NCBI GenBank assembly: GCA_036867785.1
Contig: CP145420.1
Location: forward strand, 868,001 to 932,000
Direction of reading: 5' to 3'
Source: Plasmodiophora brassicae
Taxonomy: Eukaryota
Length of the DNA: 64,000 nt
Part shown: piece after piece, positions 11,364-22,435 of the stretch
Position numbering within the stretch: position 1 is the first letter of the stretch
Layout of the letters: the number at the start of each line of letters is the position of its first letter
Notes under the pieces: model-generated
Told to the model about the DNA's origin: nothing
The model's database searches: none
What the model saw: only the letters and a program-made list of their open reading frames with translations
Made by a program: the position numbers and the translations under genes

Positions 11364-11623
11364 TTACTGTTTGTCAAGTCCCGCAAACAGCTTGTTCCAC
11401 GATTGCAACTCGCACACTGCTCTAATGCATTTGTCGGCTAGGCGAGCGCGACGCTTGCTGACCGTGGTTCCGGCACGGGAGAACGCTTGTTCACAGGGAA
11501 CTGACGTCGACATAACTGACAGGTAATCTCGTGCCATTAAGGATATACGAGGATACATATGGCCGTTGACCTTGAACCAGAGGCACGCATCCCGGCTTGA
11601 CTTTGACAGACACATTGATGGGT
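11364..11623 (-). pseudogene. Inverted copy of the transposase 3' end (complete C-terminus)
   Basis: 11458-11623 is the reverse complement of 10949-11114 and continues TVSKRRARLADKCIRAVCELQSW to a stop, a typical hAT dimerisation-domain end. Confidence 0.9.
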
Positions 11624-12500
11624 CGGATCCAGAACCCCTGGTAGTAGGGGTAGGGACGATACACGGCGTATTTTGTGGTAGTTGTCATCGCCTGCGTGAT
11701 TGCTGCCATGGCGTGACCGTAAAGACGCGCCTCACCTTTACATTCCCTTTGTTTTTCATTCATTGCATGCGATCGTTTCGCCAACATCAGGACGTATGTG
11801 TCTGCCAATGTTTATCGCCGCAGACATATCGGCAGCAGCGTCGATTCATAATCGTTGGTGGAATGCTCCCACAACTTCAGGGTGTCCTCAGTACTGTTGC
11901 GAATTCAAGACGTCGTCTCTCAGTGTGATATAATCAACTTGTACTGTATGCCATTGAATGCTCTTGCGAGTGTACGTAACCGTCAGGATGTATATGGGCA
12001 GCATTGCGGCGCGTAACGCGGTGGGGACGCGGTTTCATGCGACCTTTGTTGTTCACATCGCTGCCAGCGCGCTATACTGGATCGTCGGGGTTTTACCGCG
12101 GTCAACAGGATGGCGAAACGCTTCATAACGTGGCCTGATTCTGAAGAAAAACGCAGGCGTTGCGCGGGATCAGCTACTTGTGGATTCCGGTATGCTGTTG
12201 GAGCAGTCGACGGGTCGGCCTGTGTCTCGGCCTTGAGAGACTTCTTCTTCGCGCACGTGGCATAACGCGAATGAACATCCGCAATATTGGGTGGTGTCCT
12301 GGCTCAGTCCATGGTTCGACCATGCATCGGGGCGACTTCGTCAGACCTGCAGCATCAGCCAATGCGGCCTGGCGAATCACCCAAAACAAAGGTATACCTC
12401 TTTTCCCAAAATGGGGCGCTGCCGCGGGCCATCATTGGCGGTGTGTCGATTCGCCAATCGGCACACAGCCCCAAAGTCCCGATAGAAGGGGTTCCGTTGA

Positions 12501-14156
12501 ATGATCTCGCAGTTCTACGTGCTGTCGCCGCGAGGTGACACCATCATTTCTCGCGACTGTCAGTGATTGGGCTCGGCTGCGCGTGCCCGGTGTGTGCTGA
12601 CGTGCGGGTGGCGTACAGTCCGGGGCGACGTCGCCAAGGGCACCGCCGACCTGTTCTTCCACGAGGTCAAGTTCTGGCGCGGCGAGCCGCAGGAAGCGCC
12701 GCCGATCTTCTCGATCGACGATGTGCATTACATGTACCTGCTGCAGAACGGGTTGTATTTCGTCGCCACGACGCGTTCGAACACGTCTGGGTCGTTCGTC
12801 CTGGAGGTCATCAGCCGCATTGCCCGCGTGTTCAAAGACTACTGCGGCGTCCTCTCAGAGGAGGCCATTCGTCAGAATTTCGTCCTCATTTACGAGCTCC
12901 TGGATGAGATGATCGACTTTGGCTTCCCACAGGACACATCCACCGAATTGCTCAAGGTGAAATGTGCGACTTCATTGAAACCCCCCATATTGACGCCGAG
13001 ATGCCACGATAGGCGTACGTGTTCAACGAACCCGTTGTCGTGCGTCGGCGCGATGGCGCATCCTCGATCGGCGCCAACATTGCGGGCAACATTCTCGGCG
13101 GATTCAAGCTTCCCGACATGAACCCGAAGACTGTGCCAAGCAACGCCGTTGACAAGCCGATCACGTTGGCCGGGTCGGGTGCGAAGCGCCGCAACGAAAT
13201 CTTTGTCGACATTTTCGAGCGCATCCACGTGACGTTCAACAGCGACGTATGCGATACGATCTGCAGGCTTCTCTGCATTGTCCCGAATTGACCAACGCCC
13301 CCTCAGGGAACCGCAATCCGATCGGAGATAGACGGGACGATCCAGATGAAGAGTTACCTGTCTGGTAACCCCGAGCTCAAGCTGGCACTGAACGAGGAAC
13401 TCGTGATCGGCTCGTCTGCGTCCGGCAGCAATTACGGGTCGATCGTGCTGGACGACTGCAACTTCCACGAGTGCGTCAGGACAGACGACTTTGACGCGCA
13501 TCGCTCGCTGCGATTCATCCCGCCCGATGGCGAGTTCGGCGTCATGAACTATCGAATGGCTGGGAATTTCCGTGTCCCTTTCCGCGTCTTCCCGTTCTTT
13601 GAAATGCCCACTGCGTTCAAGTGCGAGTTGATTATCAAGATCCGCGCCGACGTCCCCGAATCCAACTATGGCGCCAACGTCGTCGTATCGGTCCCCATGC
13701 CTAAAGCGACGTCAAGGTAATGCCAACTAACGTGCGTACCCGAGTTTCGTTTCTGACTGGCCCGCCAGCGTGTCATGTGACATGGATATGGGGGCAGTTG
13801 GGCAAGCCAACGAGTACATCGCCAAAGAGCATAAGCTGTTGTGGAGGATCAAGAAGTTCCCAGGCGGCAAGGAGCACTGTCTGCGGACAAAGGTCTGGCA
13901 ACGAGTCGTGTCCCTTTGTCGTCCGCGCGGCTGCTAACCGCTCCCGTTGCTCCACCAGATCGTTCTCGCGTCGTCCCACTCCGACTCGGTCCGGAAAGAG
14001 ATCGGCCCGATCAGCGTCGAGTTCGAAATCCCAATGTACAGCGCGTCCGGGCTCCAGGTTCGGTACCTGCGTATCTCCGACCAGCACAAGTCGTACAACC
14101 CGTACAGGTGGGTGCGGTACGTCACGCGTTCCGGTTCCTACATCTGCCGCCTATAA
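12501..14156 (+). CDS. AP4M1: AP-4 complex subunit mu
   Basis: MISQFYVLSPRGDTIISRDFRGD, KDYCGVLSEEAIRQNFVLIYELLDEMIDFGFPQ, NEIFVDIFER, LDDCNFHECV, PPDGEF and C-terminal PYRWVRYVT. Confidence 0.92.
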
Positions 14157-14336
14157 ACCTGCATCGACCTGCGTCCCACTGGACTCGTCCTGCCTGTGGT
14201 GTGGTTCGCGGTCGACGTGCCCGACACTTGAGGGCCTCGGACGTCCCGATAAACAGGCACTTCCTTTAACCCGTGGTACTTCCATCGATCTGTAATCTGG
14301 GGCTATCCATTTGGAGGTGCCCGGCCGGCGCGCGCT

Positions 14337-15327
14337 ATGGGCTTCGAAGCGCACGACGCTGGTAACCTGCTCAGCGCCCTCACGTTCTGGTTCCTGCTCG
14401 GGTACTACTCGTTCATTTGCCTCCGGTTCAAGCAGTACGACCATGCGACGAATGTGCGGCTGGCGGTGCTGAACATCGCCGCCGCCGTCATTTACCTGCT
14501 GTCGGCGCCGCTCCCGTTCATCCCGGGCGGCTGCGATGTCTTCTACAACGCAGTCGCCACTCTATGTATGTCTCAGCGGCGCGCCGCCCGACGCCCATCG
14601 CTGACTGGCCACTGTGATCGCAGACCTCGGATCCCAGATCCTGCTCTTCAACAACCGCGTCATCTTCTCGTTCTACCAGATGAACCGCACGGCGCAGGCG
14701 GTCCTCAAGGCGGTCCTGCTCAGCATCCTGACCGTCGGGTCGGTCACGACCACAGCCTACCTGGCCCTGGGGACCGAAATGATGGGCACGATGACGTCCG
14801 GCGAGTACGCATGCTACCTGGTTCGCAATGGGAGCGCGCAGAGTCACTCAGCGGCGTCAGACCTGGCGGTCACTGCGTCCATGATCGCCATCGTTGCCGG
14901 CATGGCGGTCATCTTCGCGTACGCGCTGATAGGGTTCCTTCAGTTCAAACGGGTGTCCGCGAGGAAGGAGAGCCTGACGACGCTATACCTCGTGCTGCTG
15001 TCGTTCGGGTCGTCTGCAATCAACATGTGCATGAACACCATGGACCAGATGAACATGCTGGTGGGCCTGTCCGCTGTTCGTAAAGTGCAAGAGGTGCTGG
15101 ACAGCGTCATCGCCCTGTCGTTGGCGTTGGTGGTCCACCGCAAGATCGCCGCCCGAGCGGCCCGGGTTCGTTCCGCCGCGACCGGCGAAACGTCACTACA
15201 GCGTGAATCGGGTCGCCAGAGCATCACGACGGCCAACACCGTTCGACCGAACCACAACCCCCAGGCCAAATACGCCGTGTCATCATCGGAACAGCAGGGT
15301 GCACTCGCGCCAGCCCGCCCTGAGTAG
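14337..15327 (+). CDS. 7-transmembrane GPCR-like protein, paralog A (intron 14566-14623)
   Basis: Seven hydrophobic segments, with QYDHATNVRLA, GCxxFYNA, NRVIFSFYQM, YACYL and MDQMNML shared with neighbouring paralogs. Confidence 0.8.
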
Positions 15328-15508
15328 ATGTCGGCGAATTACCAGCAAGCGGTCCCATGCCGGAACCATTGAGCACACATACAACTTCACATCCAGACGG
15401 CAGCGCCGACCTCGTTCAATAAACCACACACACACACTGCGAGCGGCTACCCGGGTGTCATTCGGCTCAGGCCCTGGCCCTGATTCCTGCAGACTCGGTC
15501 TTCGATTT

Positions 15509-15717
15509 ACGGGCGTGGAGGCATACGGCGTCTACAGCCGCTTGAGTGCTTTGGCGTTCTTGCTCCTCCTGGCATACTGCCCGTGTATCTGCTTACCGAC
15601 GCGACCAACGTCATGCTGTCGACAGCGAACGTCACCGTCGCCGTGGTCTACCTGCTATCGCTACGTCTGCCGTTCATCATGGACGGGTGCGACGTCTTTT
15701 ACAACGCTGTTATCGAT
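15509..15717 (+). pseudogene. Truncated, frameshifted paralog B of the 7TM family
   Basis: ACG in place of ATG, then GVEAY..LAFLLLLAY.CICL. A deletion/frameshift removes RFKQYD, followed by ATNV...VYLLS..LPFIMDGCDVFYNAV. No exon 2 is visible. Confidence 0.8.
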
Positions 15718-16002
15718 CGAAGTAGGGCGACAACGAACCTGGTTCGTAGGAGGCAGTATAGTTCATCCTGGTACACTTCAATGGGACGTCCATACCGCCT
15801 TTTCAATGGGTCGGACAGAGAGTGAGCAGAAGATATAGAACCGCGATATTGCCCAGGATCCTTGATTCAGGAAAGGATACCTTCTGATGGGCGCCCAGTT
15901 TGGATATTCGGGTCGGATCTCACCGACAAGCGATATATCGGTATCTACGTCGATCTGAACACTTCATCGATCGGCAGCTAGGGAATTGACGCCCTCACAG
16001 CC

Positions 16003-16953
16003 ATGGATGTGGAGGCATACACTGTAGGAAACGCGTTGACTACCTTGACGTTCCTGTTCGTACTTGGGTACTACTCACACATCTGCCTACGATTCAAGCA
16101 GTATGATCACGCGACCGACGTCCGGCTGGCTCTGCTCAACGTCGCTGCCGCCGTCATCTACTTGTTGTCGGCGCCTCTGCCTCTCTTCAAGGATGGATGC
16201 GCCGTCTTTTACGACGCTGTTGCCGGTCTATGTAGGACGACGGTCCAGATCGTTTGTATGTCGTCTGACCGCCGGTCTCCAACAGATATCAGTTCCCAGA
16301 TCATGATCTTCGGTAACCGCGTCATCTTCTCGTTCTACCAGATGAATCCGAAGGCGCAGAATACCCTGAAGGTGGCCGTGCTCGTGATGCTGGGTGTCGG
16401 AGCGGTGACATCCGCTGTCTACTTTCTGTCTGGGGCCGAGATGGTTGGCGCGATGGCAAGTGGCGAGAGCGCGTGCTATTTAATCCGCGATGGGAGCCCT
16501 CGTAGTCCCTCTGGGCACTTGGGCATGGTGATCACCGTGTCCATGGCCGTCGAGGTTGTCGGCATGGTCGTCATTTTCGCATTCGCATTGAACGGGTACC
16601 TGGAGTTTAAGAGGGCGGCAGGCAAGGAGGAGCGGTTAACGACGCTCAAGCTCGCGCTGCTGTCGTTCGGATCTTCCGGGGTCAGCCAGGTCATGAACAC
16701 ACTAGACCAGATGAACATGCTGACCGGCCTCTCCGCTCTTCGGAAGGCTCAGGCGATTCTGGACTCCATCATCGCGCTGACGTTGGCCGTGATGGTCCAC
16801 CGCAATATCGCAGCTCGGACCGCCCGGATCGGTTTGCAGGCCCAGTTTCCGCTCAACCGAATTAGACATGAAGACCAACCCGGTGCCGACGACGACACGC
16901 CGTTGGAACAGCTAGACCAGCCGATTCTTCTAGCAAGTGTCTTGCGGGCGTGA
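16003..16953 (+). CDS. 7TM GPCR-like protein, paralog C (in-frame intron 16232-16285)
   Basis: Same motifs and intron position as paralog A. Confidence 0.82.
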   Translation: MDVEAYTVGNALTTLTFLFVLGYYSHICLRFKQYDHATDVRLALLNVAAAVIYLLSAPLPLFKDGCAVFYDAVAGLCRTTVQIVCMSSDRRSPTDISSQIMIFGNRVIFSFYQMNPKAQNTLKVAVLVMLGVGAVTSAVYFLSGAEMVGAMASGESACYLIRDGSPRSPSGHLGMVITVSMAVEVVGMVVIFAFALNGYLEFKRAAGKEERLTTLKLALLSFGSSGVSQVMNTLDQMNMLTGLSALRKAQAILDSIIALTLAVMVHRNIAARTARIGLQAQFPLNRIRHEDQPGADDDTPLEQLDQPILLASVLRA

Positions 16954-17410
16954 AACAAGTTCGCAGCCGACGAGACAAATGCACCAGACCTGTGGCTGGC
17001 GATGAATGTGACAATCGCAGTGATGATCGCGGCGAGGATGATGATGAGGACGGAGGCGACGACGGACCTGTCGATCGTGCTCCGGATTCCGGACGACAAC
17101 GACGACCCGGACAGCAACGGCAACGGCGAGAGGCGCGGCAGAGCAACTTAGGCCAGACAATACTAAAGATGCCCTAAGTCGTAGAGAGCCGATCGTTTAC
17201 GTCCCGGAGGTGGCCGCACTCAAAGCAAGGTGACACGGGCGGCAGTACTTACCTTACCAGAAAGACGATGAGGTCGCCTGAGCGGAGTGGTTCACAACAA
17301 TGCAGACGGGCCGTCGTCGGACGACGGGCCTCACAAGGCGGTCGGGAAGAATCAAACTGTGGCACCCACTCGCTCACCCTTGGCAATCGAGTAAAACCGC
17401 TGATGTATCA

Positions 17411-18121
17411 CTACGCGCTTCGAAAGATGCCACGTCTGCAAACGGGACATTTCGCATCGTCATGCGCCTTCATCCAGGGGTCAAGGCATGCCGCGTGGAA
17501 GACGTGCTCGCAGGGTAGGCGCCGGACTGAGTGGGTATCGTCGAAGGCCGCAATGCAGATTGGGCATTGGTCGTGTCGCGTTGCTAGCTCGGCAAACGTG
17601 GTCAGCGGTACGCTAGCGGCTATTCTGCGCTCGGCGGATGCTTCAGCTTCCGCATCGATGGCGTTGTCCCTGTCCTGCGCCTCCGCGAAAATGCTACTAA
17701 CCAACAACTGGATTGCGAACTCGACGGAACGCCAAACGGCAAAGATCACAGCAACCGGAAGCCATGATGGAGTGGGAGAGTGACGGAGGAAGTGCAGTAC
17801 GAGAGCGTACGTTGCCAAGATCACGACCGTCAAAAGTAGGTCTGCGATTGGGGATGATCGGACAGCAAACAGGATGGTGAAGGCGGATATCGAAGCGACG
17901 ACGAGGGCCGTTTTAGAGACCTCGAACCCCAGAACCTCAATAGCCATATACGCGATCTGGGCAGCGCTGACGACCATCGACATGATACGCATACAACTGG
18001 ATTGGTCGAACACAAAGTTAGCAAGGGAAGCATCCCCCTCTCGAACCAGTATCGGCATGACGCGATACTGGACAATGCTACACTGGCACGAAGCGGAGGC
18101 GGCGGCGAGAGAAACCGGCAT
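17411..18121 (-). CDS. Transmembrane RING-H2 E3 ubiquitin ligase (start uncertain)
   Basis: CPICIAAF..VRRLPCEHVFHAACLDPWM..KCPVCR preceded by about 3-4 hydrophobic segments. Confidence 0.85.
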   Translation of the reverse strand: MPVSLAAASASCQCSIVQYRVMPILVREGDASLANFVFDQSSCMRIMSMVVSAAQIAYMAIEVLGFEVSKTALVVASISAFTILFAVRSSPIADLLLTVVILATYALVLHFLRHSPTPSWLPVAVIFAVWRSVEFAIQLLVSSIFAEAQDRDNAIDAEAEASAERRIAASVPLTTFAELATRHDQCPICIAAFDDTHSVRRLPCEHVFHAACLDPWMKAHDDAKCPVCRRGIFRSA

Positions 18122-18428
18122 CCGCCACGGTGTATAGTCTAAAATTAGGCAGGCGCGGACTGCGTCCAAGTGCCGGTGATGCTTCGTGGCGCTGCTGACT
18201 TCGCCCTGACAGTTCCAGGACACCAATTTGCTTACCGAGCTTTACCTGGTTCGAAGCTACGGAGCTTGCGACCTGGAAGTATACGTGTCTTCTGACCCGA
18301 TGATGGCGCGGGCTTGCCCGACTAACTGCTGTCGTGATCATATTCGGACCCCCAGTTGTAGAGTGTCACGTGCAATTGGTAGGCGTACCGATCCGCTGCT
18401 CAGTCACCTCGTGCGAAGTGGCGCTACT

Positions 18429-19360
18429 ATGGATATGGAAGCCCGGGACGTTGGTAACCTACTGTGTGTCTTGACGTTTCTGTTCCTACTGGCGTACTAC
18501 TCGTACATTTGCCTCCGAATCAGGCAGTACGACCACGCAACGAACGTCAGGCTGGCCGTGTTGAATATCGTGTCCGCGGTCATTTACCTGCTGTCGGCAC
18601 CTCTACCGTTCATCAAGAATGGCTGCGAAATCTTCTACAATGCCGCTGGGACTCTCTGTGGGTTGGCAACGTTTATGGAACGCGTTTTGACTGTCTGACA
18701 GATACGTTCACAGATCTCGGCTCCCAATTACTACTGTTCAGTAACCGTGTCATCTTCTCGTTTTATCAGATGGACCTCAATACGCAAGCCGTGCTGAAGA
18801 CGATCGTGCTGGCGATATTGGTTGCAGGATCGGCGACGACAACGGCATACCTCGGGATGCGGACAAACTTGGTGGGCGTGATGACACCTGGAGAATACTC
18901 GTGCTATTTGATTCGCAATGGAAGCGCCCAAAGCCTCTCGGGATACTCCCGCATTGCGGTCACAGTCTCAATGGTTGTTGTTGCTGTTGGCATGGGTGTC
19001 GTCTTCATTTACGCAGTGATTGGCATCATGGAGTTCAAGAGGACACCAACAGCGAGGAAACAGCACCTGGCGACGATCCATCTGGCGCTGTTCTCATTCG
19101 GGTCGTCAGCCATCAACCAAGCCATGAACGCAATGGACCAGATGAACATGCTGACAGGCCTGTCGGCTGCGCGTAAAGCTCAAGAGGTCCTGGACTCGGT
19201 TATCGCTCTGACGTTGGCCGTCATGGTTCACCGGAATATCGCCGCAACCCGGTCCTCTCGCATCCGCTCTACAGAATCTGCTCAGTCGAGGCATCGTCAG
19301 CAGGTGACGCAGGTTCGATCCGTAACGTCAGAGGACGCCGCTGTGGAATCTATTCTGTAA
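18429..19360 (+). CDS. 7TM GPCR-like protein, paralog D (1 intron)
   Basis: MDMEARDVGNLL...QYDHATNVRLA...GCEIFYNA / LGSQLLLFSNRVIFSFYQM...MDQMNML. Confidence 0.82.
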
Positions 19361-19578
19361 ACGATGCGCTTTGCGATTCACACACCTGTAGTCGCGCGCG
19401 CGCCTCAGGGGACATGCTCTTTCGAAGACTCCGCTGCACAACATTCGAATTTAGTAAAGCATTTTAGTCTGCTTTCGTCAACTTCAACGCTCGATGTTAA
19501 GACAGTGTACTCACATCGATCCTCAGACATATTGTACTATATATCGATCAGCTGCTGCTGTACCGGAGCTCGTGCGCG

Positions 19579-20557
19579 ATGGATGGCGTGGAAGCCCACG
19601 ACGTTGGAAACCTGCTGTGTGTCTTGATGTTTATATTCCTGTTGGTGTACTATTCATATATCTGCCTACGATTCAAACAGTACGATCACGCCGTCAGTGT
19701 CAGGCTGGCGGTGTTGAATGTTGTCGCTGCTGTCGTCTGCCTTCTATCAGCGCCTCTGCCTTTTATTCCCTCCGGGTGCGACATATTCTACAATGCCGTC
19801 GGCACATTGTGTACGACGACACTGCTCATCGTTCGCGGCTTCATCTAACCGAACTGCAATAGATCTCGGTTCCCAGGTCCTGCTCTTCAATAATCGTGTC
19901 ATTTTCTCCTTCTATCAGATGCGTCCTGGCACGCAGACCGTCCTAAAGGCGGTCGTGCTGATCATATTGGTGGACGGGACTGCCGCGACGACTACCTACC
20001 TCGCAGTACGAGCCAGACTGACGGGAACGATGTCATATGACGAATACGCATGCTATCTGGTTCGCATTGGAACTCCCCAAAGTTCCTCAGGATATTCCGG
20101 CATAGCAGTGACACTGCCAATGACCGTCGTTGTCGTCGGTATGGCGGTTATCTTTATTTACGCCTTTACAGGGTTCGTGGAATTCAAGAGGTCAACGGGG
20201 AAGAAAGAGAGCTTGAAAACGCTCTACCTTGCATTGCTGTCATTCGGATCCTCGGCCATCAACCAGGTCATGAACACGATGGACCAGATGAACATGCTGG
20301 CTGGGTTGTCAGCATTTCGACAGATCCAGAAGGTCTTGGACTCAATTATCGCCCTGACGCTCGCGCTTATGGTCCATCGCAATATCGTCGCCCGAGCGTC
20401 CAGAACAGCAGATGTCCGTCGACTTTCGAAAGCTCATGTGGCAAAACCTCTGCAGCAGGCGTCAGTACAGCGGTCTGTCACTGTAAACGCCGGCCATCCT
20501 TGCATACCACACGAACCTGCAGATGCTGTCAATAAAATGAGCATTCAATGGCGGTGA
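19579..20557 (+). CDS. 7TM GPCR-like protein, paralog E (1 intron)
   Basis: MDGVEAHDVGNLL...QYDHAVSVRLA...GCDIFYNA / LGSQVLLFNNRVIFSFYQM...MDQMNML. Confidence 0.82.
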
Positions 20558-20691
20558 GGGTATCAATGACCCGTCTGCGCTGTCAGGGCCAGAGGCGTGG
20601 TCGAGTGTCGACTCACAATCAGGACCGCCTCCTCAGACATTGTGCGGAACGCCGTGGCACGCGAAGGCGCGGCCGACGTCGCCGCCCCTGA

Positions 20692-21405
20692 ATGAGTGAC
20701 GACGACAAGCAGAAGAAGAAGGACGATGGCGGGTCCCCACTGGACTGTAACATCTGCTGGGATGTCGCCAAGAAGCCCGTTATTGTACGATTGCCCTCTT
20801 TCTGACTCGCCCATGGCCATGGCTGACGTTACTGTCCCGTAGACGTTATGCGGCCATATGTATTGCTGGCCGTGCCTGCATCAGGTTAGGACGATTCCTG
20901 GCAGGGATTGTAAAACAGGGATTGATTCGTGTTATCGGATAGTGGTTAGAATCAAACCAGACAACGTGCCCGGTATGTAGGGCGGGTGTGACGCGTGAGA
21001 ACGTCGTGCCCTTCTTCGGGCGGGGTTCGTCGTCAAGAGAGGATCCGAGGGATGACCCGACAATCCCTGAGCGACCCACCCGACCTCGCGAAGAGCCACG
21101 CCCTAGACGACGCGCCATGCCCGCGTTCTCCGACATCTTCCATACCGATTTCACAACGGGCGGCAACACAAATGGCGGGCTCACGTTCTTTCCGGGCCTA
21201 TTCGGTTTTCAGATGGTGCTGTCCGTGTTCGGTGGTCTCTCCTTGCATCCACGTCTGACATCAGTTGCAGAATTTTGGCGACGGTGCCGGTGCCAATAAC
21301 CAGCCGGCTGGTCGCAACGAGCCATACGATCCCGCCCGTGACCTGCTGTCGCGCGCCTTCCTGCTGTTAGGCGCGGCCCTGCTGATCTGTATCCTGTTCA
21401 TGTGA
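20692..21405 (+). CDS. RING-HC E3 ligase, RNF5/RNF185/RMA1 family
   Basis: Spliced [46 protein letters not shown], a Pro/Arg-rich linker and a C-terminal TM anchor. Confidence 0.88.
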
Positions 21406-21682
21406 CTGATCCCATATCCCAGCCGCCTAACTTATTCATACAACCGGCCCGATCATCGTTGCGTTCGGGGCCTACCTGGGCACCGTATGCTGGGGGGAGC
21501 GGGGCATCCGTCGGTTCGGAGGTTCGCCGCCGGGGCACGGCGGGCGGAGTTTGTCGCAGCGTCGCGGCGTGCGACTGCGCGGATGACCGTCACCACTCAC
21601 CAGTGGTCAGACTGTTTTTGGGAAGGGCGACCGGCGGTAGTTCGTTCATCGCCGTTGGTGACTGGCGGCGTCGGTCCTCGAC

Positions 21683-22138
21683 ATGCCCGAGTCGGGCGTT
21701 GACGTCGCCATATCCGACCTGCACGCCCATGTGGAATCCGACGCGTTCCTGTCGACGATGGAGCGGGCGAAGGATCGCGCGCGTGCCGGCGATGGCTGGA
21801 CGGATTTGATGTCCGCGCCGTTTGACGACGAAGCGTTCGTCGTTGTCGACAAGGCGGACGCCGTCGAGGCCATGGCCGAATTCATTGCCGCGTCGCTCGC
21901 CAAATTGCCCCAGACACGGAATGTCCCCGCGCGAAGTCTGCAAGGCATGCTGACATCGGCATTCGTCGACATACGCGGTGGTGGAACGCTGTCCCGCCTC
22001 TGGAGCTGGGGCTCATTTTTTTACACGACGTACGGGTGGACGACAACCGCCATCGGCATCTATCGGGAACCTGCCGTTGCCTATATCCTGCTGCGAACTA
22101 TCTGGAAGGCCGTCCGCTGGGCCATCATCGACAGATGA
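21683..22138 (+). CDS. Conserved hypothetical protein
   Basis: Intact 151-aa ORF. The FVVV..DAVEAMAEFIA..LW.WG..Y....W..TAIGIY..P pattern is reminiscent of an uncharacterised family also seen in plants. Confidence 0.65.
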   Translation: MPESGVDVAISDLHAHVESDAFLSTMERAKDRARAGDGWTDLMSAPFDDEAFVVVDKADAVEAMAEFIAASLAKLPQTRNVPARSLQGMLTSAFVDIRGGGTLSRLWSWGSFFYTTYGWTTTAIGIYREPAVAYILLRTIWKAVRWAIIDR

Positions 22139-22435
22139 ACGGTTCGATCAGCCGAGATACCTTTAACACTCATAGGGTCCGTATAAACTGTCGGCGAACG
22201 TCATCAACTCGGCCTCCAGAGTCGCCCGAAACTGGCACGGTTATTGCCGAACGCGTCTCAGCTGCACGGGAAACTCCGAGACTGTGGGCGAATTCCGCGA
22301 CTGCAGGCACCGGGAATCTCCGCGGATATAGGCCGGCAGAGACTGGCAGCCAGCCCGACGTTTCTTTAGTTCAGCCGAAGCTCAGGAGCTTGGACCAGGA
22401 GCAGCGGGGCGGCGCAACCTCCCACAGTCACACCG

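Larger units (their letters stand above)
8252..11623 (+). mobile_element. hAT-superfamily DNA transposon, defective, right end inverted
   Basis: Left end TAGAGATG at 8252 is followed by many (AA)GTCGACTT subterminal repeats. An internal hAT transposase follows. A second end TAGGGGTG with the same repeats starts at 11115 in the same orientation as the left end. Confidence 0.85.

Noticed and set aside
11640-12490. Short ORFs downstream of the hAT element
   Set aside because: No recognisable motifs or consistent exon chain; probably degenerate repeat or intergenic DNA.
16749-17177. Small hydrophobic (minus) or acidic (plus) ORFs between paralog C and the RING gene
   Set aside because: No convincing ATG start or splice model, and they overlap the paralog C 3' end. 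A small gene cannot be excluded but is unsupported.
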